64,000 bases of DNA from Macrostomum lignano (Eukaryota), in NCBI GenBank assembly GCA_002269645.1, contig NIVC01000952.1, positions 338,967 to 402,966 on the forward strand. The letters run 5' to 3'. This document shows positions 1 through 14,339 of the stretch, piece by piece (the stretch's first letter is position 1; each line of letters starts with the position of its first letter). A program made the translations under genes and the position numbers. The notes under the pieces are model-generated. The model was not told the origin of the DNA. It saw only the letters and a program-made list of their open reading frames with translations, and did no database searches.

Positions 1-489
1 GACTTGCCGTCCCAGCCCTCTGTGTGAAAGTGGATTTATCGCTTCTTTCATAGCTGCTCCCAGACGCATAGCAGCTCATCCATTAAAGATGCAGGCATCC
101 GATCAGATGGAAATCCATTAACAACGCTGCTACCTCAGCTGCAGAGCAGAGCCCGCCGTGGGTCCCACAGTGGCATCCAACAAGTTCCACTGCCAGTGGC
201 AGCTCAAAGGTCGACTTACAGCAGTCCCTGGAGCCATGCAAATTAATGCTCTTTAATCTGCATTAGAGACTGTCTAACTTATTTATGCCTGCTTGCCTGC
301 AAGGCTGCAAGTTCAAACAGTCGATCGATTTAAATTTATTTACTGCCCGCGTCCTCCTCTGGGGCCCCAGGCCAGTCACCGTCCCGTTTTGCTATCGCGA
401 GGCAAGACGGACGCAAAAAAATAATTGGCAGACACAAGCAAAACAGAGCGAGGTGGGAAGGCAGGCAAAGAAAGGCACTAAGGCCACTG

Positions 490-2235
<1,746 letters not shown>

Positions 2236-2422
2236 CCAGACGAAAAGAACAGGCTGCACTGGAAGGCGGCAATTTTTATCCAAATCTTTTAGCTGCTGGC
2301 AGCAGCGGAGCCGGTGTGTATTCTGTAGGCAGCAAGCCGACACTCTGGGTCAAATATTTACAGACAGTGTGCGCGGCACGGCAGTGCAAACTGGCAGTGC
2401 AGTCCAAGCATCTCGGACAAGA

Positions 2423-2645
<223 letters not shown>

Positions 2646-2819
2646 GGATGTTTCCGAGGGGGCATTACAAGTAGATCTCATCTGTTACAACAGCCTCTTC
2701 TCGAGCCCAGAATACATTAGTAGTCAGTGTGAAACTAGATTCAATTTATGCAGCTTCGCAACGAGAAAATAATTTTGACGGGGGAGAAAGACAGAGGAAG
2801 ACAGGTCAGGGACAGGCAG

Positions 2820-3180
2820 AGAGTAGAGGGGAGAGTAGAGGAGAGAGTAGATGGAAAAGTAGAGGAGAGAGCAGAGGGGAGAGCAGAGGGGGAGCAGAGG
2901 GGAGAGCAGAGGGGAGAGCAGAGGGGAGAGCAGAGGGGAGAGCAGAGGGGGAGCAGAGGGGAGAGCAGAGGGGAGAGCAGAGGGGAGAGCAGAGGGGAGA
3001 GCAGAGGGGAGAGCAGAGGGGAGAGCAGAGGGGGAGCAGAGGGGAGAGCAGAGGGGAGAGCAGAGGGGAGAGCAGAGGAGAGAGCAGAGGGCAGAGCAGA
3101 GGGGAGAGCAGAGGGGAGAGCAGAGGGGAGAGCAGAGGAGAGAGCAGAGGGCAGAGCAGAGGGGAGAGCAGAGGGGAGAG
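2820..3180. repeat. Purine-rich 12-bp minisatellite (GGGGAGAGCAGA)n, just 3' of the TRM5 stop
   Basis: Directly visible tandem units. Confidence 0.93.
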
Positions 3181-3191
3181 CAGCAGGTCTG

Positions 3192-6100
3192 CTACGCTAG
3201 TCTTGGCTTTTTGGAAGCAGTTTGATCGTCAATGCCGTCGCAAACAGCCGATGGACGGCAGCAGCTGGAGGCGGCCAGCAGGCTGGCGGGACAGCGGATC
3301 TCGGCACAGTACATGTCCTTGTTGGTGGCAACGTCGCGCACAAACCGCAGGCGGATATCGCAGGGTTGAACCCCGCCGGCCAGCCTGTCGCAGATTCGGC
3401 CAATCAGGGCGGCTTCGGCTTCGCCCCGAGAGCCGCCGGTGTCGCCGTGGCGCAGGAAGCTGTACGCGAAGATGCGGACGGGTGGAGCGGACTTGGCGAC
3501 TGCAGGATGAAGGAGTGGAAGGTTTCTATTAGAATTAGTTATGATGCTAAATATCACTTATGCTATGCATTAGTAGTCGGTAGACAACCGTGCGATCATG
3601 CAATTTTTTCACTCTAATATGCAAGTATGGCAATTGTAAAGTAGGTTGTCACTAAAAGGGCCGTTTTAATCAGCATTTTGCGTGTTAAACAGCCTGTGAT
3701 GAGGTAAGCAGTCATGTTGCCTGAGTAATACAGGTACCCTTGAATCAATATATTTCAGGAGTTTGCGCATCCTTCTACTACTAGTAGGCATAATGAAATA
3801 TTCGCTTTAAACAACGCACTCACCCTCGGGCGTCAGCAATTCCTTAACGCAGCCAACAAAGCAGTCCAGCAGGTCAACAGCCATGCCGGGCAGATTCGCG
3901 ATGGCAACGACTTGCTGCTCGAAGCCGCTGGCCACGGCCTCGGCGTATCGGGGCGCGAGCACCCCGGCCACGAACTCCCTGGCGTCCATGTTGAAGGCTT
4001 TCACCAGCTCCGGCTGGCTAATTAGCTGAGATTTGCGCAGGTTCCGCCGCAGGTTGGCCTCCAGGTAGTTGTGGGCGGTCGGGTTCAGGTCATTAGCAAA
4101 GACGGTGGCGCCCAGCTTCAGGGCGGGCACGGCGAAGGGCCCCACACCGGCGCAGAGGTCGAACACGAGGTCGCCGGGCCGCAGCTGCTCAACAACGCGG
4201 TGGTGCTCAGTGCTCAGGCGGGAGTTCCAGTACACCTGGAAGCGGGGAGCGTCGAGGAATGAGGGCGTTTCTGAGTGCGGATTTGAGGGCGGATTTGAGG
4301 GCGATTCTGAGGGCGGATTTGAGGGCAGATTTGAGGGCGGATTTGAGGGCAGATTTGAGGGCGGATTTGAGGGCGGATTTGAGGGCGATTCTGAGGGCGG
4401 ATTTGAGGGCAGATTTGAGGGCGGATTTGAGGGCGATTCTGAGTGCGGATTTGAGGGCGGATTTGAGGGCGAACCTGAGGGCGGATTTGAGGGCGATCCG
4501 AAGGGGATTTGAGGAGTATTCTGAGGGCGGATATAAGGGCGGATTTGAGGGCGGATATAAGGGCGGAATTGAGGGTGATTCTGAGGGCGGATTTGAGGGC
4601 GATTCTTAGGGCGGGTTTGAGGGTGATTTTTAGGGCGGATCTGAGGGCGGATTATGAGTGAGATTAATAGATATTTAAAGGACAAGTACGCGATTCAATT
4701 ACAGATTAGCAGGCAGCTCACCTTAGAGAAGTCCAGCTCGAACTCCAGGCCGTACTCCTTGTGCAAGGTCACATAGTTTGGCTCTCCGGCCAGCAGCTCC
4801 AGTTCGAAGTTTCGATACTCGTTGTTAATCTGGCTGCGCTTGTTGACCACAGTCCTGATGTTAGGCAGCTTGCTGATCACCACCTGTACGATTTTGACCG
4901 GATTGCTCTACTTCCGAGTAGTATATTGGGGTGGCTACAACTAATTAGGGACCTGCCGACCAACTAAATTGGGGTGCTGATGACCAACTAAATTGGGAAG
5001 CTGATGACCAACTAAATTGGGGTGCTGATGATCAACTAAATTGGGGTGCTGATGACCAACTAAATTGGGGTGCTGATGACCAACTAAATTGGGGTGCTGA
5101 TGACCAACTAAATTGGGAAGCTGATGACCAACTAAATTGGGGTGCTGATGACCAACCAAATTGCTGAGCTGATGACCATCTAATTTGAGAAGTTAATAAC
5201 CGACAAAGCCGGGATTAAGTGCTCCGTGAACCCAAATATCACAAGCCCAAGCGCGCACACCTGCCCAATAAGCTGTCCGTAGGGCAGGACTTCCTCTTTC
5301 AGATTGAAATGCGCAATGTGGCCTACAACGCTAAACGAGGACAGCTGGGTGTTGGGCGGCAGCAGGCGGTCCAGCACTGCCGATAGCGAGTAGTGCTCGT
5401 AGGTGACCGCCACAGTGCGGGTCTCCAGCTGGTCGGCCTGCAAATTGTCGCCAAGGTTAACGCCGAACTCCGCCAGATGGGCCAGCTCGGCCTGGTTCAG
5501 CAGGGACTGGCGTCTGCGGATTTCGCGCAAAATCGAGATTGACTAGTTGAAATGCATTCCATCTACTAATAGTAGCACAATAGAAAATTTTTATTCAGAA
5601 CATAAAACTGGTTTTCCAAGGGCGCCTCTTAAGTAGGACGGAAACTTCCGTCGTTTCCAGGAAAATCCTATATTTATAAAGCGCATGCATTAAAACTGCT
5701 GCTAGTAACATGACAAATATCCAATAGTAACAATAAATTAGGCTGTCAGAAGGCGCGCCGCGCCTCAAGGCTTGGGTGCCAAGGCAGGCCGCGGCCACCG
5801 ACCGAATCCGTAGCGCCGGCGTCAGTCAGCAGGCAGTCGACGAAACGCCCGAGTGCACGCCTGTCCTCGACTCCTGCGCCGGCGAAACAGGTCGCTTGGA
5901 CGGACTACTAATAGTAGCACAGTTGAGATTCGTGGCTATTAAATAAAAATTAAATGATGACAATACCTGTCTAGGAGTTTCGGATCCATCAGCGCCAGCT
6001 TGGTGCCGGCGTCGGGACCTTCAACAATGCTGGCCAGTTTCACAAAGCTGGGCATGAGCTTCTTCAAAGTGCCGATGCAGCTCTTAAGCTTTGCAGTAGG

Positions 6101-6289
6101 AACTGGCAGCGCTTTCAGCTGCACAGTATGGTTAAAATCTGATTTCACCAGCTCGGTGCAACCAACACAGCTGATTGATTGCGTTAGGCTACTGGCAGTA
6201 GTGCATGTGCCAATCGGTGATGAAGCCATGCCAATCACGGGGGGCAGCTGTTTTAACAAACTGCAAGCAGATCTGCAGATAGAAAACAT
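3192..6289 (-). CDS. TRMT5: tRNA (guanine-37-N1)-methyltransferase TRM5, 5 exons, 485 aa
   Basis: Exons 6289-5967, 5513-5261, 4883-4722, 4235-3824, 3499-3192. All have GT-AG boundaries with matching phases (2,0,0,1) and total 1458 nt. Trm5/Met-10 motifs: VGHIAHFNL, RTVVNK, RNFELELLAGE, FELDFSKVYWNSRLSTEH, SAM-binding DLCAGVGPFAVPA, ANDLNP, NLP, VRDVATNKDMYC. Confidence 0.95.
4264..4650. repeat. 12-bp minisatellite (GAGGGCGGATTT)n filling TRM5 intron 3
   Basis: Tandem units between the exon boundaries at 4235 and 4722. Confidence 0.95.
4955..5175. repeat. 24-bp minisatellite (GGGGTGCTGATGACCAACTAAATT)n in TRM5 intron 2
   Basis: About 9 units; each forms a small CCAA/TTGG hairpin with the start of the next unit. 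Confidence 0.95.
5563..5921. mobile_element. Putative short non-autonomous insertion in TRM5 intron 1, bounded by 17-bp direct repeats
   Basis: CTACTAATAGTAGCACA occurs at 5563-5579 and 5905-5921. The enclosed 325 bp has an AT-rich half and a GC-rich, palindrome-dense half. Confidence 0.55.
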
Positions 6290-6419
6290 GAATTAACAAA
6301 CGGCAGCTATGATATAGTTTAGCTAAAAGTTCTGCCTGCACTTTATTCATCTATATCAGAGGTCGGAAATTTTTTTTACCTAAAGGACCAGGTAAAAAAT
6401 CTAGTGCATGACTGCGGGC

Positions 6420-6983
6420 AAGAGGAGAGAGATGGTCAGATGGAATAGAGAAGATAGAAGAGATAGAAGAAAGGAGAGGCGACGGAATAAATAAGAGAGG
6501 AGAGACGAAATAGGGGAGAAAAGAGTAGAGAGGAGAGAGGAGAGAAGGCAGGGGAGGAGAGGATAGAAGAGAAGAGGGGAGAGGCGAGGAGAGGAGAGAG
6601 GAGAGGAGAGCAGAGGAGAGGAGAGAGGAGAGGAGAGGAGAGGAGAGGAGAGGAGAGGAGAGGAGAGCAGAGGAGAGGAGAGGAGAGAAGAGGAGAGGAG
6701 AGAAGAGGAGAGGCGAAGAGAGGAGAGGAGAGGAGAGAAGAGGAGAGGAGAGCAGAGGAGAGGAGAGCAGAGGAGAGGAGAGCAGAGGAGAGGAGAGGAG
6801 AGAAGAGGAGAGAGGCGAAGAGAGGAGAGAAGAGGAGAGGAGAGGAGAGGAGAGCAGAGGAGAGGAGAGAGGAGAGAAGAGGAGAGGAGAGGAGAGCAGA
6901 GGAGAGGAGAGAGGAGAGAAGAGGAGAGGAGAGGAGAGGAGAGCAGAGGAGAGGAGAGCAGAGGAGAGGAGAGGAGAGGAGAG
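6420..6983. repeat. Polypurine (GAGGA)n satellite upstream of the TRM5 start
   Basis: Directly visible; almost exclusively A/G on the + strand. Confidence 0.95.
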
Positions 6984-9015
6984 GGCTAGATTGCTATTGA
7001 ACAATTAGTTCCAAAAGATATGTGACCCATGGGCCAGAGTTTTTTTCTTTGATCAATATCAAAATATGCTATTTTGGCAATTTGTATTATGTTAGACAAA
7101 GCTAAATTATAAAAAGTGAAGTAAAGTGGCATAATTTATCTTTATATAATATAGAAAGTGAGATTATATAGTATCAATGTTCTGCCTAATTTGAGTATAT
7201 TAAATTATATAAGTCAACTTTATATGGCTATCTCTACTTTAAGCCAAGCAAGCTAAGAGTTAATAAAGTTAGCTAGCTACATGGATTGGCATTTGCCAGC
7301 TATTATAGACCAGTTCAATTTTGTTTAAAATTTTATCAAATTTAAAAATTTTAAATTACATAGCTTAACTTTGTTAAATAACCTTATTCCTTATTATACC
7401 ATAATTAATTTAAATATTTCAAACATTAAATCAATATAGCTTTAACAATGACTAATGAGTTTATTTTTTTAAATCTAATTTAATATACTAGTCCTAATGA
7501 GTCTTATATTAAGCCTTAATGATCAGTTAAAGGTTATATATCATAGTAATTATTATATAAAATATAGCAAATATCAAGTTAATACAAAGACTTATTCCAA
7601 AATATATTTAGTAGGCTTAGTACTATATCAATAAAGATACATATAATATGTAGTACAAATTTATAAGATTAGTAAAATAAAGTAAATTATAATTTTGGTA
7701 TGCAATAATATAACATGACATGGACTAGACATGCTATTATATAGGGCCTAATATTAATGTCTAGGCCTATATATAGTAGGCCTTGGTTCTTAGACAGTTT
7801 TGACTTAGTTTTATTATGACTAGGAATAGTTAATATGAAGTTAGGAATGATATAAAACTATTAGCTGTTAGGCTATTAGCCAATTGCCATTGTCATTTGC
7901 ATTTGCAATGGTTTTATCCCAAACTAGCCCTAGACCTAGACCTAGTTAGAATCTCTAGAGATTGTCTATTAACAATCTCTATTAAAGTCAAGATAAGCAA
8001 AAAGTGAAAGACAAAGAATTTTAGTACAATGGTATTAGAAATATGCTAGGTACATTGCTTGGAAACTTTACTTCCAAATCAATTATCAATTAATTGTCTG
8101 TACAAGAATCAAGATATATGGCATATAACTAGAAGACTTGTTGTTGTTTCTAGTTAGATAGTATAAGTAGCCTCTGGTTTTTTCCGAGAGAGACAGGCAG
8201 TGCCAGGCACAGCAAAAAAATCAATAAAATTATTAGAAGCTATAATATTATCATAATCATTTTAAAAAATGTACGATGTCGATGTACTTAATTATGGACT
8301 TACACTACAGATTTTCGGTAACAGGACCACCACAGGTCACCTACGGTAATTTGTAAGCCGATCGACATGTTGAAATAATGAAAAAAGCAGTATTAGGCCT
8401 AGCTTACATTTCTTATTGTAATTTTATACATATGAAAAATGCTAAAGTTGCTTCTCCATAAATATATCATCATATGTACGCACCACACCCAAAGGAATAT
8501 CTCACCCGATGCACTTTTGTTGAGCTGAATGTACATTTTCCGTGGCACTGAAATTCAAAATGGTATACAAAGTCACAATAACTAGAACTTTAACGTAACG
8601 CCTACCCGCCTACCGTCTGGCTTCTGTATTAGTTATTAGATCACATGGATCTGAATAAGTACAGTTCTGGCAGACTGCGTACTTAGCTACTTGATATAAT
8701 ATTTTTGTAGTCCTACTTGAATTGCAAATAGTTATTCAATATTACAAGCAAATAATTTGCTTCAATTGCCCAACAATTGCCTAGGCCTACTATTCAAAAG
8801 TAACACGTTTCGAAGTGTTCTGGGCCTAGGACAGGTTAAGCCTATATTTGAATTCAATATTTGTAATTTTGCAATAATTTGGTATTCATTTAAAGCACAC
8901 TCAGAATGAAAATTGTTATCTTAATTGCATTCTAGTAGAGACAAAGATTACTTTATTCTGAAATTACTATCAAAGTTATCTATTGGTAACAATAAAACTC
9001 ATTTGATTGACCAAC

Positions 9016-12000
9016 ATGAAGTCAGGTAAGAATTATTTTAAGAGTTTGTCATGTAATTTGATAACCATTAGCCTATAAAGCCTATAATAACAAAGAAATA
9101 TTTTGATGCAGGATGCCATTATCTCTACATATAAAAATCAAAACTCTGTGTGTCTGTGTGTCTGTGGACAATTTTGTTCGCTATATTTATATAAAAAGGT
9201 CCATTTGATTTATAAAGACACATAATTTTTTATGTAACTATTAATTGAAAATACCAAATAGACAAACCTCTTTTAAAGTTATTATTAAATGGCAAATATT
9301 AATAAATTTATATGCTTAATTTGCCTAGTAATTTTAAGACTATTAATAATAATAGGCATAGGAAAAAGTATCCCATTATATGAAAACCTAGCCTATCTAT
9401 TTATTAGGCCTAAAAGTTTTTTCCTTTAGTTCTATTTTATACCATAGTCTTAACTATATCTTATTAATTATATTAAATTTAAATCAAAGAATATCTATTT
9501 TTACTATTCTTTGACTATATATATATAATAAAAGCCTATAATTGATATGCTTCTATAAAGTTTTTTGTAGAACTATGTTTTTATACTTTTTCTAGAGTTT
9601 TTTGAGTAATAATAAATCTTGAAAATGGTTTAGTCTCAACTATAACTAAAATCTGATTATAATGAAAATAAAAGTTTTTTACCATGTCTTTTACTTAGAA
9701 ACTGCTGTGTGTTTGAAATATTTTGTTTAGTTTTAAGCAAACAGTGAATATTACATAACTAAAAAAATCACATCTTTCCCAAATTTGACCCTCCACCTCA
9801 TAGCCATCTTCAATGAGCAAAAGGTGCATACTGTGCTGGCCACCCCTGGCCAGAGTGAGAAGGCCCAAGAGATCTCCTTCACAGACATGAAGTCCATTGG
9901 CAATGGCAGTTTTGGCGTAGTCTACCAGGCCACCATGGTTGCCAACAAGGAGGTCGTGGCCATCAAGAAAGTGCTGCAGGACAAACGGTTCAAGAATCGA
10001 GAATTGCAGATAATGAGATCGATTGAGCATCAGAATATTGTCTCGCTGAAGTACTTCTTCTACTCCAGTGGCGAAAAGGTGTGCAAATCTGATTTTTATA
10101 AATTCAACATTTTCTTAAGCTTTAACTTCGCAAAAGTGCAGTTACATGTTTTCAAAGTAACCAGAAAAGAAAGAGTAGGCCAGAGAAGGCCATCGCCCGC
10201 ACAGAGGATCTTGGTAAGAATTAGGGATTTTGTTACTAGTTACTTAAACAGTTAAACAATATGAGAAAAATATGTCAGGATAGAGAGGAGAGAATGAATA
10301 GAGGAGAGAGGGAGAAAGTAAAGAGAAGGGGAAAGAAGAGGGTACAGGGGAGGAAAGAGAGTAGAAAGAAGGGAGAAGGGGATAGAAGAGAGCAGAGAAG
10401 AGAGAGAACAGTCAAAAATGCAATCAACTTTGACGACGACAACAACAAAAAATACTTCTTCTGCTAGCCACGCAGTGGCCAGAAAGGAGGGAGAAGTCAG
10501 AGAAGACCTCAAAAAGTCACACCCCCCGCTTGGTCCGGGGCGTCAGCATCAGTCAAAAGCCGGTCAGGGTATCTCGCCGTTCGACCTTGGCCTCGCCTGA
10601 GCGGTCCCAGCAGCTTGTACAGGATATGGATACGGATAGGCTACAAAGTATTTCAAGATACGGCTACGGATACGGATAGGCTACGCCAGGGGCTCAAAAC
10701 TGCATGGGTATATCGGGTGCTGGAGTTTCGCCTGCGGAGCCAAAACGAGTTTGACAGAGTTTTTAATAATGGCGTAATACAACAGTGCTTTGTCCCTCCA
10801 CCGAAAAATATATAAAAATCCAAACAATGCCTCCATTAAATAAAAGTTATGACTGATTTAAGTCGCCCATTCTCGATCACAGAAGGACGAGGTGTACCTG
10901 AACCTGGTGCTGGAGTTCATGCCGGACACCGTGTACCGGGTGTGCCGGCACTACAGCCGGCACTCGCAGACCATCCCGCTGCTGCACTCCAAGCTCTACG
11001 CCTACCAGATGTTCCGCTCGCTGGCCTTTCTGCACAGCCGCGGCATCTGCCACAGGGACATCAAGCCGCAGAATCTGCTGCTCAACCCCGAGACTGGTGT
11101 GCTCAAACTGTGCGACTTTGGCAGCGCCAAGCACCTGCAGCGGGGCGAGCCGAATGTGTCCTACATCTGCAGCCGCTACTACAGGGCTCCCGAGCTCATC
11201 TTCGGGGCCACCCACTACACCTGCCAGATTGGTGAGCCGCTGGGGTGGATGGGTTGCACTGTGGGGTGGATGGTTGCACTGTGGGGTGGATGGTTGCACT
11301 GTGGGGTGGATGGTTGCACTGTGGGGTGGATGGTTGCACTGTGGGGTGTGTGAGTTGCATTTTGGGATGGATGGTTTGCCCTGTGGGGTGGATGGTTGCA
11401 CTGTGGGGTGGTTGGGTTGCACTTGGGGGTGGATGGTTGCACTGTGGGGTGTGTGAGTTGCATTTTGGGATGGATGGTTTGCCCTGTGGGGTGGATGGTT
11501 GCACTGTGGGGTGGTTGGGTTGCACTTTGGGGTGGATGGTTGCACTGTGGGGTGGGTGAGTTGCATTTTGGGATGGATGGTTTGCCCTGTGGGGTGGATG
11601 GTTGCACCGTGGGGTGGTTGGGTTGCACTGTGGGGTGGATGGTTGCACTGTGGGGTGGGTGAGTTGCCCTGTGGGGTGGATGGTTGCACTGTGGGGTGGG
11701 TGAGTTGCACTGTGGGGTGGATGGTTGCACTGTGGGGTGTGTGAGTTGCACTGTGTGTGGGTGGGTTGCACTGTTGAGTGGATGGATTGCACTGTACGGT
11801 TGCCCTGTGGTTGAGCCACAGAGGATGCAGCAGCTGCCCGGCTTCAATGTCCCCTCCATGGAGCCCCGCATCCAACCCTTCCGTCGCAGACATCTGGTCA
11901 GCCGGCTGCGTGGTTGCTGAGCTGTTGCTGGGCAAGCCGCTGTTTCCCGGCGACACGGGCGTTGACCAGCTGGTGGAGATCATCAAAGTGCTGGGCACGC

Positions 12001-13296
12001 CAACCAGGGAGCAAATCTCGGAGATGAACCCCGATTACACCGAGTTCAAGTTTCCCCAGATTCCCGGGTAATTTAGATTTCCTGCTTTGAGCACACGCAG
12101 TTGTTATTGGAGCCGGGCTAACCCCAACCCGTTGATTGCGTCTCCAGCGTGCCCTGGCAGAAGGTTTTCCGGCCGCGGACTCCGTCTGAGGCCATCAACC
12201 TCATCACCCGGCTGCTGATCTACCGGCCGCAGCAGCGGGTCAGCCCTCTGGAAGCCTGCAGTCACCAGTTCTTTGACGAGCTTCGGGCCGAGTCTACCCG
12301 ACTGTCCTCTGGGCAGCCGCTGCCTCTGCTGTTCAACTTCAGCCAGGCTGGTATGGCTTGATTGGCAGGCGGGCTGTAGGGGTAGAGAGCTGGTAGAGCA
12401 AGTAGTCAGCTGGTAGGGTAGATAGCCAGATAGTAGAGTAGACAGCCACCTTAAAGGGTGGACATTCTGATGGTAGGGTAGGTGTCTAACTGGTGGGTAG
12501 ACACTTACAAGTATCTAGTTCTAGTACATCGGGGGAAGAGTAGGACACCCTACTTCTGGTGAGGCAGACAGCTAGCAGTGTAGACAGCTGGCAGTGTAGA
12601 CAGCTGGCAGTGTAGACAGCTGGCAGTGTAGACAGCTGGCAGTGTAGACAGCTAGCAGTGTAGACAGCTGGCAGTGTAGACAGCTGGCAGTGTAGACAGC
12701 TGGCAGTGTAGACAGCTAGCAGTGTAGACAGCTGGCAGTGTAGACAGCTAGCAGTGTAGACAGCTAGCAGTGTAGACAGCTGGCAGTGTAGACAGCTAGC
12801 AGTGTAGACAGCTGGCAGTGTAGACAGCTGGCAGGATATACAGCTGGCAGGATAGACAGCTGGCAGGATAGACAGCTGGCAGTGTAGACAGCTGGCAGTG
12901 TAGACAGCTAGCAGTGTAGACAGCTGGCAGTGTAGACAGCTGGCAGTGTAGACAGCTGGCAGTGTAGACAGCTGGCAGTGTAGACAGCTGGCAGTGTAGA
13001 CAGCTGGCAGTGTAGACAGCTGGCAGTGTAGACAGCTGGCAGGATATACAGCTGGCAGGATAGACAGCTGGCAGGATAGACAGCTGGCAGGACAGGCAGT
13101 CAGCAGGTGCAGCATGCAGCAGTGAGCACCTGAACCCGCAGAGCTGTCAATCAAGCCGGAGCTCAGCACCAGCCTGATTCCGCCGCACGCGGCAGCCGCC
13201 ACCGCCGCCTCAGGCGAGGGACCCAGCAGCGTTGGCGGCGGCGGCACTTCAAAGTCGACAGCCGCTGCTTCCGCTAGCGGTGGCGGCAACGTTTGA
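9016..13296 (+). CDS. GSK3: Glycogen synthase kinase-3 (GSK3/shaggy-like) Ser/Thr kinase
   Basis: Exons 9804-10078, 10883-11231, 11890-12067, 12148-12350, 13142-13296 (TGA). All have GT-AG boundaries with matching phases. Candidate first exon 9016-9025 (ATG AAG TCA G|GTAAGA, phase 1) is less certain. Motifs: [100 protein letters not shown]. Confidence 0.96.
9121..9190 (+). mobile_element. Possible Helitron/HINE-type 5'-terminal fragment in GSK3 intron
   Basis: TCTACATATAAAAA followed by (TGTGTC)n resembles typical non-autonomous Helitron 5' ends. No 3' hairpin/CTRR end was found. Confidence 0.3.
11243..11790. repeat. ~20-bp GT-rich minisatellite (TGGATGGTTGCACTGTGGGG)n in GSK3 intron
   Basis: Begins about 12 nt after the donor at 11232. 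Confidence 0.95.
12563..13092. repeat. 16-bp minisatellite (TAGACAGCTGGCAGTG)n in last GSK3 intron
   Basis: About 33 tandem units, each containing CAGCTG or the variant CAGCTA. Confidence 0.95.
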
Positions 13297-13989
13297 AGTA
13301 TCAATTTAGATCCGAGCGGGTTCGCATCCCCGGCCGAGGGCAAGGCTAACCCAGGATTGATTTCTGAGCTTGCTTGCAGCCAGCAGCAGCAGACTTTGTG
13401 TTGCTAGGGCCCCACAATGTAGATGACCCACCCACCCTCCCCCCAGCTCAGCACTGGCCTGTTTGCTTCTGTTTCCGAGCTTCTTGTCCTGCTTAAACTC
13501 CTTTTTTTCTGCTTTCCACCGCTTCAGCTGAAGCCAGTAGTGGATTCATTTGTTGCTTTCATTTCTTGATCAGTTTGCACCTGCAATAATCGCTTAGTTT
13601 TCATAGCCGGGCTCGTATCTGTGCACCGGCTAGTCTAGTTATTCTCATTCATACAGACACACACCTACATACGCTCGTATATATGATTTTCTGCACTCGG
13701 TCAAGTCTGTGCGCCCTCTGTATTTTGTGTCACAAATTTTGCGTCAGGTTATAACGTCAGGCCCGCGAAGCCTCTCTATCTGGCCGTCGGGTCCTTAGAA
13801 AATTCACAATAGCAATCCGACCCGCTCAAGGTTCGTGTCTCTTCTCTCCCCTCTCCTCTCCTCTTTTCTCTCATCTCTCATCTCTCATCTGTCATCTTCT
13901 ATTCCCTCTACTTTCAATTTAGATTTGGCCCGCAGCCTTGAGCCGGATTCTTTATCTGACCCGTTACCTATAGAATGAATTGTGTTAGC

Positions 13990-13995
13990 AATAAA
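13990..13995 (+). promoter_or_regulatory. Candidate GSK3 polyadenylation signal AATAAA
   Basis: AATAAA about 700 nt after the stop, followed by GT/T-rich sequence. Confidence 0.5.
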
Positions 13996-14339
13996 TGTCT
14001 GCAGTCTGTGCGCAACTTTTTCTGGTGTCTATTTTCCTCGTGTTAAGTGTCCTACGGATGTGTCAGGATGCCTAGTCGCTCTGTAGCGTGTCAGACACGA
14101 AGGCAATTTGCCCCGTGCAATTCCGCATGCAGCTGCCTACGCTCTCTCTGTGTTATTCCACGCCTTCTGTTATTCCCCTGTAGAGCAGTGCCAGCCCTTC
14201 AAATTATATCGCCAGGGTTTACTGCTTTCAGTTTTGCTTCGCGTGAACTTTTTTTGCTTTTTTTATCGCTACAACTACAGAAGTGTTAAATATTACCTAT
14301 TTAGTCCTCATCGCTGTCTGCTTTTATTTTAGCTTGTTT

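Noticed and set aside
4955-5175. CTGATGA followed by a hairpin as hammerhead or C/D snoRNA
   Set aside because: No GAAA/stem III or cleavage triplet, and the motif is antisense to the host intron; it is a plain 24-bp tandem repeat.
5800-5900. Hammerhead in the TRM5 intron insert (GAAAC..GUC)
   Set aside because: The CUGANGA core and stem II are missing.
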